A DNA stretch of 56,952 nucleotides, the filler included, from Jimgerdemannia flammicorona (lineage: Eukaryota): assembly GCA_003990765.1 (NCBI GenBank). It is 2 parts of 2 records of this genome, joined end to end, with 100 filler letters (N's around TTAATTAATTAA, not from the genome) between each part and the next. Parts side by side here need not be neighbours in the genome. Positions count along the whole stretch, not along the records: positions 28,533 to 56,952 come from RBNJ01000561.1; 1 more part is not named here. One strand, given 5' to 3'. This document shows, piece by piece, positions 42,135-55,011 of this stretch. The notes beneath the pieces are model-generated. The model saw nothing but the letters and a program-made list of their open reading frames with translations. It was not told the DNA's origin and did not search any database. The translations under genes were made by a program, and so were the position numbers. The stretch's first letter is position 1, and every line of letters starts with the position of its first letter.

Positions 42135-43336
42135 TTTTTTCTTTTAACGGACTCAAGTCCCGCAGATTTTATTGGAAGGGAACCTAGACTATATAGGCCA
42201 AAACCCTCCCCCACCACCCACCGAACAATATCCCCCCATTAACCTAGGCTACGAAATTGTCCAGCAGTCCTACCGCTCCAGCTATGCCTGTCGAACACCG
42301 GCTACATCGACCCCAATGACATAGACTAGACTTGTCTGCTCACCAGAGCTGGATCATCGTTTACATGCGAGAGCACACCTACACGTCGGATCTAGCAGCG
42401 CTGGGACTGAATTAAGAACAGCCCCCCGAACCCCAAAAGAAAGCCCGAGGCAAAGAAAAAAACCCCCCAACCAACCAACAGAGAGCAAAGTAGATTCAAA
42501 GCGGGTGAGTAAAGGACTTATATGCAGCACCTTCCTCAAAGAACTTATACATAGGCTAGGGCCTGAAGAGACCCCACTCCCACTCCCCAAGCCTGCGGGC
42601 CTCGATCACGTTGCCGTATCAGCTCCCAGTTCCAGTCGGGTACTGCCAAATAAGGAAGGTCCCACTCCCCAAGCCTGCGGGCCTCAATCGTGTTGCTGCA
42701 TCAGCTCCCAGTTCCAGTTGGGTACAGCCAGGATGCCAGCCCCTGCACCACCCCACCCCCCACCAGCTAATCGAAAGGCCCTACCAAAATATTGTCCGCC
42801 CCAATCCCGATGACTGCCCCCAGCCTGGCACCCCACTGGTTCACCATAATCGCCCTTCCTCCTATCTGCGATGGCCATCTCCCCTCCCATCCCGACATCA
42901 CCTGAAAAGCAGTCACCTACGCCAGAACCGCGCTCGCCGGGAAGCTCGCCAAAGCCAGAGGGCCCCACCACAGGCACTGAGGACCTGCAGATAACCTACA
43001 CTGAGCACTTGACATCCAAGGTCGGCCGACTCTCTACATAGCCCAAGACACACCGAGATAGCACCTTGTTGACGACGGCAAAAGGAAGAAGGCACCGCAC
43101 CAAAACGGATGCACTCCAGATGCAGCCAAAGACACCAGAAACCGCGAAAAAGTGGAGAAGACACCGATCTGACACTGATAAAGGGGCAACTCATCACCAT
43201 TGCCCTCCTCCCACCATGCCCATGCAGGCACAGCAAACCAACCCGAGGTAGAGGGGGTAATAATAGGGGAAAGGGGACTCGGAAGGTCACCTACCAAACC
43301 TTGTGACGGGTAAGGTAGCGGAGAAAGGAGCGTTCA
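42135..43336 (-). mobile_element. Poly(A) retroposon copy 3, young (CpG intact)
   Basis: 17-bp TSD TTTTCTCCTTCTCTCTT (42118-42134 / 43337-43353). TTTATT signal near 42168. Internal ~80-bp duplication (42579-42650 / 42661-42730). Confidence 0.85.
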
Positions 43337-46300
43337 TTTTCTCCTTCTCTCTTACCATTCCTCTGATTTGACTAAATATATTCTGTATATCTTCTCTCTT
43401 TTAACAACCTCTCTTTGACCTGTTATATAGATATTAGTATTCTGGAACTTCTCTTTCTACTACTTATTATCTATGATCTTACTTATAATATATCAAGATA
43501 TTTATATCAGCTTCATAGATATATGTATAATATATATACTCAAATATACTATAATTTATCTTTTGTATATGTTTTCTCTTAAATAATTTTAGATGACCTT
43601 ATAATTGGAATTACTGTTAGTGATATCTAAGACCCCTTTTTCTACTTTTTTTTTTTTGTAACTATAAGACTTCTCTACTGGATATAGTGATAAAGAAAGG
43701 TTCTATCAAATTATACTACCTTTACTACTTATTAGTATATTAGTCAATAATATTTTTTGCCTAATAATTTTACTCTTAAGTATATAGCCTTTGATCAGAT
43801 ACTTAATATTATGATATATTAGTAAAGGGACCTTATTCTTCAAGATAAATCTGGCCAATATATTTTAATATATCTTAGTATATATATTTAGTAAACTGAG
43901 AACTTCTCAGCTTTTATTAGTATAATCTTTAATACTATAAACAGTTTTTTCTATTTAGTTTATACTCATTACTATTTCTCTTTAATATATTTGACAGATA
44001 CTTGAATGACTGTTCAAGAACTATCATCTGAAAGACATTTTCTGATATATTGATAATTTACTCAGTATCTACCATCTATCTCAGATATCAGCTCTACTAT
44101 AGCCACTTCTATCAATCTGCTATACTATTAGTTTTTCAGTTGAGATAATAAAGTTGAAAACTCTTTAATCTGTATCTCTTTTCTAGATATTGAGATAGAT
44201 ACTGATGATATAGAAGTATGTCTTCTTGAAGAAAAAAATCCAAACTATCCTCATCATAATCTCTAACTTTTATAGTTTTTCTATCTGAGCAACTACTACA
44301 AAATAGGAAATACTCTTACTTATTAGTTTTCTCTTCTTTATATACTATATTATTTCATAAGGCCTACTCTTTCTCTACTGCTTTATTGATATCTCAATCT
44401 TCATTACTTACTCAGACAACTATATAAATTTATCAATAGTCTTCTTTACTGATATCTATTAGTATTTACAATTTCTTACATTATAGGATAGAGTAATAAT
44501 AATCATATCTTGAGAAGAGATCATTGATAACTAGTTCTAGATAGATGTAAGCAGTACTTTGGGCTTTACTGTCTTTTTTTACAAAACTTGATTTGCTATC
44601 TCTTAGTTAGCAGAACTTTGTTCTGAGAATATTCAATTTAAAGAACTATATATATACTATTATAATCAATACTATTACTTAGAATATATAATAGTATTTT
44701 TATTATAATAAGATAAATGCAGAACAAGATACCAAAACTCCTAAATACTGGAGTCTATATTAGTATTGTAGCAACTATATTACTTAACCAATATATTATC
44801 ATAAGTATTTGTCTTGATTGTAATACTAAAAATAATTATTCTGAATACAAAGGTTATTTATTTTGAAATTAAATAACTAAAGCAGTTATATATCAAATTA
44901 GTTATATATACTTAGTCAAAAACTATAAAATATTACTTAGCCAATATATGTATAAATACTTTAGTAATTTTATTTAAAATAAATTAACTCTTAGTTATAT
45001 AAGTACAAATTCCCCTCTATATATACTCCTTTGAGTTTCTTAGTAATAAACTCTTAGTTACTCTAGTATTTCTAACTAAACTCTTAGTTACTCTAATATT
45101 TCTAACTAAACTCTAAAAGTCTAGTTAACTTTTATCAGAACTAAGAACTAATATATAAATATAAAAAGAAAATCTCTTTAAATCTGAATTTTAAGAGATT
45201 CTGTCTATATATAGTAAGAATAAGTCTCCTATTTCTATAGTTACTAAAGAAAGACAATATTTTTATTTTATTATAAAGAAACAACACTTTTTCAATTTTA
45301 ATAAATATCACTAAGTGAAAGAACAATTAGAAGGCTTCTTGATATATATATGATCAAGTCTCTAAGTTATATTTTATTTTCTAAATATCTAGAGTATTAT
45401 TATATATGTATTAATAATTAAGTAGTAATATATATATTAACTCAAATATATATATATATACATCTTATAACTTCAAATCCCTCAAACTACTATATTAACT
45501 ATTATGTATTTCAGATATATTATATTCATTTTAGTTTTTAAGATCATTCATTCTCTTTGTTGAAATATTTTAATTATAGTAACTAAATATATAGTAGAGA
45601 AGTCTGACTATATTATCCTATAAATATCATCAATATGTATAAAAGTATATAAGCTAGTATCAATAAACAATTACTGCTTCTCTCTAAGTATTATATAACA
45701 AAAGATTATAAGCCCTACTAGCAAAAGTAAATAATAATAAAAGACACCCCTGTAATATATATACTATACTATGCAAAGATATTACACCTATTAGATATAT
45801 GAATCAAATATGAGCCTATTAAGTAATATAAGCAGAACAGAACTCAGAATGAGTACTAGTAATATAAGTATATGACTATGACTATTTCTGTAATAGTACT
45901 AATAGCAATAATAGTAAGAGGATCATTTCTGCCTTTGATGGTAAGGATTATACCATAAGAGTATACTATATGAAGAATCTCTTAAAAGAATATAGTCTGG
46001 AGAAATACTAGAATCTATAGGTGTAAATAATAAGATATAATACTATAAAGAATATAAAGTGCTAAGGAATATTATATTTATCCTTTTGAATGTGCAAATA
46101 AAACTCATCATCAATACTATAATAGTGAATAAAGTCTGAGAGATCTTATATAATTATTACTAGCAGACATCTGTATCAAACAGATTCTATCTAAAAGTAT
46201 ATCTGTTGAATCTCTAAATGAAGTTCAAAGAGAGTATCTGAGACTATACTAACTATGTTGATAATCTGATAAATTAAGTGAATTCTCTTTCTATGTTAGC

Positions 46301-48739
46301 AGATCTCATCAAGAATAGAGAAAATATTCTGGCCTTTACATATAGCTTTCCCAAGATATATAATATAGTTATTACTACTAAGAGAGAATTTAGTAAATTA
46401 TTAAACTATAAGTATATCATTATGAGTCTTTTAAATAAGAAATTGAGACAGAGTGATATCCATAATAAAGACAATGAGAAAGCACTCTATAGAGTATATA
46501 GACAAGATAATAGTAAGTTAAAAAGGGACAAAACCAGCAGCATGATAGTTAATAAGCCAAATTTGACAATAAATACTTCTACTATAATAAGTATGGATAC
46601 GGTGAGCAGGACTACAACTATAAGAAAAGGAAAAAGGGTAGTCAAGGCAAGTAATATAGACAAGTGATCATTATAGACAATAATAATAATAAAAGCAGTA
46701 GTAGAGGTCTATTCTTTACAGAGGTAGATATAGGTATAGATTTGGAAAAAAAAAAAAATTACACTAATAAAAAATATTAATATAAATATCAGCACTAATG
46801 TAAGCTATATACTAAGTGCCTATACATATAGTAAAGAAGTCTGACTTATTGATTCTGATACAATACAATATATAATAGAACACTATGAGTATTTCTCTAT
46901 ATATAAGAAGTTCAAATACTTTAAATCTATTAAACTGAGTAATTATAATATTATATATACTTAAGGTAAGAGAAATATCAGTATATACGTATATAGAAAT
47001 ATTGACAAACCCTCAGATACCTATATGGATATACTATATATGTCAGATATAGGCAAGAATCTCTCTTAATAGACCAGATGATAGCTCAAGAAGATAAAGG
47101 AGTAAATATATATCTGAATAGTATAACAGTGATTAATCTAAAGAATAATAAGAACATAAGGAAAGAGAAACCCTATATAAAATAAACAGTATATCAAGTA
47201 GTATATTATCTATATATTTTACAAAAACAACTGATATCTGTAATATATAGTATAAATATTTAGGACACATTAGTAATATAAGCTTGGAATAGATGATAAG
47301 GAGTAAATCTGTATATAGGTTACTAAACTATATACTACTAAATTTCAGTTTTTGTAATGAATATATAGCAAACAAGACTTCTTAGTGATCTTTTCTGAAA
47401 TGGATAAAGCAAGTGACTGGTATTCTCAATATAATATATATAGATATCTATAACCCTATATGAACTTCAACACATTCTAATAAGAGGTACTTCATCACCT
47501 TCATTGATGATTATACATACTTATAAAATCTATATATACTTTTATAGTGAAGAAAGAGATGATATCTAAAAAATTTCAAGAATTCAAGATAACTATAAAA
47601 AACAAAATAGAATATAAGATATAGACTTTATACTCAGATAATGGCAAGAAACATATCAACAAAGCCTTCAGAGACTTCTTGAAGAAGTATAGTATCTACA
47701 TAATACTTTATGATAACTCTCTATATATCTGATAGAATAGTATAGCAGAATACTTTAATTGAATAGTAGTAAAGATAGTTTGAATGATAATAAATATAGC
47801 TAGCTCACTGTACTTCTTCTGGACTGAAGTAGCAAATATAGTAGTATATATTCAAAATAGTTGTATTTCTTAAGCTCTAAGTAAAGATTCTGGCAGATCT
47901 AGCAGATATAGCAAATAATTCAGAAATGATAGTAATCTTATTCCTAAAGAATTATAGAGTGAATCTAAGTCTGATATCTCACATATATATATGGATATTT
48001 AGAAGTAAAGCTTATAATCTAAATAAGAGTAAAAATAAAGACAAGATTGAGTCTAAGATAAATAAACATATATTTCTTAGATATGACAGAAAAGTATATA
48101 GATTATGGAATCTGCAGAAATGCTATATTATCATCTCTCATAATATTTAGTTCAAAGAGACTAAAAAATAGAAAATCTATATAGAAATTTCTATCTCTAT
48201 ATCCAATCAGACATTATAGCTTGCAATATCTATATCAACTTTAAAGATATCTCTGATATCTATATCAGTATCAGTGTAATCTATATATATACTAATGAGG
48301 CTATCAAAGTCAAAAATTATGGAAATTATAGATAAGAATACTAATGAGGATACCTCTCCAAAAGGTAAGAAAAAGTACAAATCTAGACTATAAAATAAAG
48401 TTGAAGTTGATTTAAAAGATTATTGAAACTAGCCTAAGATATATATTTTATCATAAAAAATATCATATGAACTATACCTGTAAGTATACCTATATAGTGT
48501 AACAGTGACTCCAGAATGATGACATCAATATAGAAGACAGCCTTTCCTTACAAGCCACCAGATTGGAGCACAAGAAGATCATATGGTATATGAGATGAAC
48601 AATGATGACCAACTGTAAGTCATTGTGACCATAGTTTAGATATCTTGAGGAATATAAAAGTAGGATCAAGGAACCACAGTAGCAGCAACCAACAAGACCC
48701 ACTAATCCCAAAATAGCTCAAAGACTTACCATAAACAAA

Positions 48740-49546
48740 ATGCCTGCTGCTCATCAAACCTCAAGGTCAAGGAACCACCAAGGTGTCTCAGTCAAAGAAA
48801 GGATATTCCAAGACATCAGAAGAGCCATAAGGACCTGCTCAAGAAGGACTCCTAGTGTCAACCTGGGTACTGGTGACCCTTATCATTATATTCTCTACTG
48901 CTGTGAAATGGAAACAAGGATCACGATTACTACCAAATAGCTCCAAATGTAGCAGGAGTATGAAATAAGAAACCTCCTCTGCTGGAAGTTCCTACAGGCC
49001 AGCCTCCAAGAGTTACAAGATGCCACTCTCATGGATATAAGTGAAGCAAGAACAGCTAAGAAGATCCATCAGATCTTCAGACATACACTATGGTCGATCC
49101 CCAACTTGGAGTATGTTAGAGTCTCAGATTTCAGAGACCTGTCATCTCACCATATCAATGTACTAGAAACCAGAGTAGCTACAGAAGCCCAGTCCACTAT
49201 CACTCTCAATAGTGATGAAGTAGAAACCTTCTGGCATCCTATCCTTCAGGACAACCCAGACCAATTTCTACAAGGATTGATCTCAGTATTCCAAGATCCA
49301 AGCATCCAGATTAGACCTCCCCAAGACCCCGCATTTGTCCCCTATTTTGTGGAAGAGAACCTCATAGACTGGAGAGCCCCAGACCTCCTTCCTGCTGCCA
49401 CTGAACATGATGACATCATTGGTGATGATGTTATCCCATACAATATTGAAGCATGTGAAATGTATGACAATGATGAATTTGTAGATCTCATCTCCTTCAG
49501 TGATGATGAGAATGAAGCCCCTATGATCTTGAATATTCTGCTCTAA
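48740..49546 (+). pseudogene. Accessory-ORF homologue inside the TG...CA unit
   Basis: ORFs 48740-48940 and 49031-49546 are in one frame, split by TAG stops. Motif ARTAKKIHQIF...YVRVSDF. Acidic C-terminus. Confidence 0.6.
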
Positions 49547-49557
49547 AGTTCTTTGGT

Positions 49558-49720
49558 TACACTGAGTTATGTCAGCACTGGTATTCTGATGTAATACTGA
49601 GTTATATCAGCACTGGTATTCTGATGTAACACTTAGTTATGCCAGTACTGATATTCTGATGTAACACTGAGTTATGCCAGTACTGGTATTCTGATGTAAT
49701 ACTGAATTATTCCAGTACTA
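49558..49720 (+). repeat. 35-bp tandem repeat, ~4.5 copies
   Basis: Unit ACTGAGTTATGTCAGCACTGGTATTCTGATGTAAT. Confidence 0.9.
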
Positions 49721-51075
49721 TTTTTCTATACCACTGAAATTATATCAACATCCTGAACCTGTACAACCATCAGTGCCAACCCTGGAACTTAGCAGTTTTT
49801 CCTGTTCTGGTATTTTATTTTAGTTATTGGAATTTATATTTAGCTTTATATCTTAGTAACTATTGAATTATATTTTATATAAATACTCCTCTTATTTCCT
49901 CTGAAATAAAGTCAGTCAAGTTTACTTATATACACTCCCTTGCAAGCAATCTAAGAGATAACAAGATAGTTAAAGATAAGAAGTTTGAGGACTATAAGAC
50001 CTTGGAAAGGCACTCCAATAAGAACTTACTTATAACAAACTTGAGTTAGTCTAAGAGATATACCTTGAAGAGAATCTGATATATTTGAAGGACTTAGTGA
50101 CCACTATGTGACAATAGCAACAATCAGCAAGTCAGTAGACTACATATAATGAAGCTATATAATTAGATAATAAGAAAGAGTAAAAAAAGGCTATAGATGA
50201 GAAATATAATTTTACTTATTGAGAATGATACATGGCATTTAGTCTCTCTTCTAATAAATGGACAAGCAATAGAATCCTGCTAGATATATAAAATTAAATA
50301 TAATAGTAATAGCAATATAGAGTAGTATAAGGCCCAATTTGTAGTAAAGAGATATTTATAAAGATATAGCATAAACTATAATGAGACCTTCTCTTTAGTA
50401 TTTAAGCTTACTTTACTTAGAATACTTCTTGTGATTGAAGTTAAATATGACTATGAACTCTATCAAATAGATATTAAGACAGTCTTCTTAAATGATAAAA
50501 TAGATATGAAGCTAGATATTTATCAACTATAGGTAATTTTGACCTTTTTTTGATTATCTAGATAGTATCCAGTTAGTTATAAGAAGTTAGTTCTTCTATT
50601 TGCATATTCTAGAATATATCTCATTCAGCAGAAGTATTGAAATATCTTAGATATAGTTGTGAATGTAGTTCAAAATGTAGTAAAGTGGCCATTGCACTTA
50701 ACATTTGTGCATCTAACATTCATCGCACAATGCAACTACCATCTTAGATTAGTCAGTTTCAATTGCTTCCTGCACCCTACCATGCGCTTAAACATTCATG
50801 CAATGTAATCATGCAATCCACCATCTTAGCTTAGTCAGTTTCAATTGCTTCCTGCACCCTACTATGTGCTTAAACATTCATGCAACGTAATCATGCAATC
50901 CACCATCTTAGCTTAGTCAGTTTCAATCACTTTCTGCACCCTACCTTAGCTAGCCCGAGCTCCAACCGTATACCCAAGAGTTAGGCAGTGGCCACACATT
51001 TCCCTCAATATACTCTAGCAATCGTCATTAGTAATTCATATCAATCGATTTCATGCACTATCTCTCAGATACATC

Positions 51076-52347
51076 ATGCCACCTATCCGTCAGTCTCAAG
51101 GCCTACCATCTGGTCCCCCAGTTCCAGCACCTGGTGTCCCATACGTGCCCCCATCAATTCCCAACTTAACTGGCCTACATATGTTGTGCAAGGACCAGCT
51201 CATCACACTCTGCCGCAAACACGACCTCTCCATAGACAGTCAAAAGGCCACCCTGGTTACATGTCTTAATGCTCATCGACCTGGCCCTAATTTCCCAGTT
51301 GCCAAACCTATGGCGCTGGCTCCAGTACTGCTCTCTGATGGTCATGAAGTCGACGCATTGATCGAATGGCTACTTTCAGCACTCGCGGCACGTCTCCATG
51401 GACCTTTAGCCAACACCAACCCCCCTCCAGTCCTACCACCCAGCTTACTGCCAGCACTCCCTCTTCCAGCTGCCTTCACCTCTCTGGCAGTTCCCTCGCT
51501 TTTACCATAGCCAACCCCATCGGCACCCTTACCAGCATGGTTTTCAAACTCTTTAAATGGTGAGTCATCTAACCCCCTGTTCATCTCTGATGCCATTCTA
51601 TGTCGCGATTGGGTTCCATTGGAGCTGCTGACCTCACTTGAGGTAGGGGAATACCAAATACTGGCCGAATAGACAGGCAATGCCTTGCTATCGCATCTGA
51701 GCAATCGGCGAAAACCTGATTCACATCCACCAGACTGCGATCTCAACCTACCACTCTGGCTTGAAGCTATCTTCAACATTCGGGGTACATTGCTATCTCT
51801 GGGCACTACTCGGGCTGCCCCCCATACTGCACATGCTGCACAGCTACTCGCACATATCACCTTTATCATCAAGACCATCAATGACCATTACGACTGGGCT
51901 GCCCTTCAGTGGTTTGATCAGCAAGTTCGCACACTTAAAGCATCCTTTCCGGAGCTGGATATTGGCAACCCAGATGCTGTCCGGTGCATATTTGAAACCA
52001 TCGTCGGCCAGCCAGCATCAGCACCACTTGTCCACCAACCAATATGTCGGCCTATACAGGCAACGGCCTCCTCAACAGGAAGTCCCAGAATGACCTCATC
52101 ATGCCCCCTTTTATGCTTTTGGTGCAGGGTGTGGGGGTACATGTCGACCTCTTGCACCCAAACCCCTCTCACGTGACCTACATTCCCCATCAAACTGAAT
52201 GATACTCTCTCCTCAGATGGTGTAGCCAGTTCTATCTGTCACAACTACAATGGCTCCAGCTGCTGCAGCAATTGTGGCCACCCCCATGTCTGCTTGTTCT
52301 GCTATGGCTCTCACCCAGGTACAGAGTGCTCTATTCACTATGGCTAA
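51076..52347 (+). pseudogene. Gag-like ORF with N-terminal SAP-like motif and C-terminal Cys/His finger
   Basis: One frame with 3 internal stops. LHMLCKDQLITLCRKHDLSIDSQKATLVTCL and ICHNYNGSSCCSNCGHPHVCLFCYGSHPGTEC. Confidence 0.75.
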
Positions 52348-53953
52348 TCTTGTGACCCCACCCCCATCTGACCCCCCAGCATGTCCATACCGCCTTGGGG
52401 AGTGGCAATGAGCACTTCACACCCATCCAGACCAACTTCTCATTCAGTACCACTTAACAGGCCTACGTCAGGGTTACCTTCACGGCAATCACTCCCATCC
52501 TGAGCTTCGTATCAACTACATATCTGACAATCTGGCATCAGCTTACCAACATCGCGATATCCTTTCTGCCAACATTCTTGCTGAACTTCAAGCCGGTCGC
52601 TACTTAGGACCCTTTTCATCTCCCTCTGTATTACCAACTGAGTTTCTTCCCTTTTGCAATGCTTCCCTAGGAGTTGTCCCAAAAAAGAACTCTACAAAAC
52701 TTTGCACCATTCAACACCTGTCCTTCCCGGAGGGAGCCTCTGTAAATGATGGCATCAACCCAGAGGAGTTTTCAATTCTGTACCAGTCAATCCAGTCCAT
52801 CCTCTAGCTACTCCTCACACTTAGCACTACAGCTCTATTTTGGAAGGCAGATGTTGCTGAAGCCTTTTGCACGATCCCCATCTACTGGTCTGACTGGGCT
52901 ATATAAGGCATCTGCTGGCTTGGCCTTTTCTTCCTTGACATATTCCTTCCATTTGGCCTTCACTCGGCACCATTCATATTCACATCTCTGATAGATTTGT
53001 TCATATGGATTTATATTCAGCAGTATAACCTTCCCAATTTGGGCCACTTCGTGGATAACTTTATCTATGTCGCATCACCCTCTACCACTCAGTCTATATA
53101 CTTGCGGTTTCACTCAGTTGCTGCTTGCTTTGGTCTTCTCCTCAAAGCAGCCAAGAATATACCTCCCACACCAACTATCGAGTACATAGGCTTTCTCCTC
53201 GATGCCCCCAATATGACAATCAGCCTCCCACTCGAAAAACATACATGCATCCTCTCTCTGCTCGCAGACTGGCTCATAATATCTCATCAGGCTCGTCGGC
53301 CATGTCCTCGGTCTTACTACAATGCTCATTCACTACTGGGTCATCTCATGCATATTGTCCAAGTCCTTCCAGATGGGAAAGTATTCTGTGATTCCATCAT
53401 TTGTTTCATCTCTGCATGGAAACCACCCTATGCTGGGTGGCATCATCTATCTTCTCGCCTGGCCACTGATCTTCAATGGTGGCAGGACATCTTATGCTCA
53501 TGGACAGGTTGTCACCTGCTTTTCCACTCTGATTGGCAGGATTGTGGTCTATTCACAGATGCATCCGGAACAATTGGCACCAGCGGCCTTCTGGGCCAAT
53601 GCTGGTGGAGCATTTGGTGGGCCTCTTCATTCAGCAACTAGAAGGGATATGACATTTTCTAGAAGGAAATGTTCGCCATCTGGGTTTTGCTTGCATTGTG
53701 GGGTTCCTCCTTTCATTGTCAGCATATCATCTTATGGTGCAATAGCCAACTCTGTGTTGAATTGCTAACCAGTGGTTGGGTATGGCACCACCCTCTCGTC
53801 AATGATCTTTTATGACACATTACCCTCTTACATCTCAACAGAGGGTTTGACATCCAAGCTCGGTATATTCCTTCCTCATCTAACCCCACTGACTCCCTAT
53901 CTCATCTTATCCATCTCCCCTCCCATCCCCAGGAACTGCTTCCTACAACCATA
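52340..53953 (+). pseudogene. Reverse transcriptase / RNase H of the Ngaro element
   Basis: GRYLGPF, SLGVVPKK, HLSFPEGASVNDGI, HFVDNF (YxDD site decayed), IEYIGF, DLQWW, LFTDASG. Confidence 0.9.
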
Positions 53954-53969
53954 ACATCTCCCTTTGGCT

Positions 53970-55011
53970 TCGCCATCGACTCAAGTCCTGTCTCTACCAA
54001 TACTCTCACACCTGCACTAGTGCCCTTCGACCTGGCACCAACTCCTTCTACTACTTCTTAGGCTGCTATGGCATCAATGATACCACTGCCTTTCCTCTTC
54101 ACAATGACCTCCTCAGCTACTGGGCCCTATGGCTGGCCAACAATCTAAAGCCATATACCACCATCAAGAACTATTTCTACAACATTGCCACTCATCAACT
54201 GGCCCACTGGCAAGGCCCCCCTCTCTACCACACATCCTTACCCCTGTTCGACATGGTATTGAAATCTATTCAGCACTACCTACCCCCCTCACACTCACTG
54301 GAACGCCTTCCTATTACTCGCTAACACTTGCAGCTTATTCATGCTGCTCTCCCCCTTACTACACCTCATGGCGCTACCATATGGGCAGCCACGTGTACAG
54401 CCTTTTATAGCCTCATGCGAATCGGCGAGCTGACATCTCCTGACTACCTACCATTCGACTTACACTGGCAGGCATGCAGGTGCCACCTTCGACGGCACTG
54501 GGACCCTACACTTTCTCAGCCCTTTTGGTCTCTATACCTCCCTCGCACCAAAACTGGTACCTCAGGCGATGTATTTCTGGGGTTTTCAGGTGCCTTTGAT
54601 TGCCCCTGTTCTGCGATTGATAATATGATCTGCCTCTGCCCTGTCCGTCCCAAGGACCCTGTCTTCTCCTTTAGTCCCACTCAACCCCTCTCTCACTCAA
54701 CATTCATCGAGGCCATTCGGGCCCCTTTAAGAGACACTCCACTAGCCACTGGAATTCATGGTCATTCCTTCTACATTGGCAGCACTACTCTTCTTGCATC
54801 GGTGGGATATCCAGATCACATCATTCAACTGGCTGGTCAGTGGAAGTCTACGGCCTTTCTGCATTACATCCGGCAACTCAACCAGATTCTACCTTGGATG
54901 ACAGTCACCTTGGCTGCACTTCCTCTACTTGACTACCAGCGGGCCATGGGTTTGGTGGGTGGTGGCCAAAAGGTGCCCACAAGCAGTCAGCAGCACCAGC
55001 ATTACATTTAG
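53970..55011 (+). pseudogene. Tyrosine recombinase of the Ngaro element
   Basis: AFYSLMRIGEL, LPRTKT, GHSFYIG (HxxR decayed), IQLAGQWKSTAFLHYIR. Confidence 0.9.

Larger units (their letters stand above)
48498..50113 (+). mobile_element. 1.6-kb TG...CA unit (probable solo LTR) containing an ORF
   Basis: Ends TGTAACA...TGTGACA, 4-bp TSD ATAG. TATAAA at ~49878 and AATAAA at ~49906. Confidence 0.7.
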
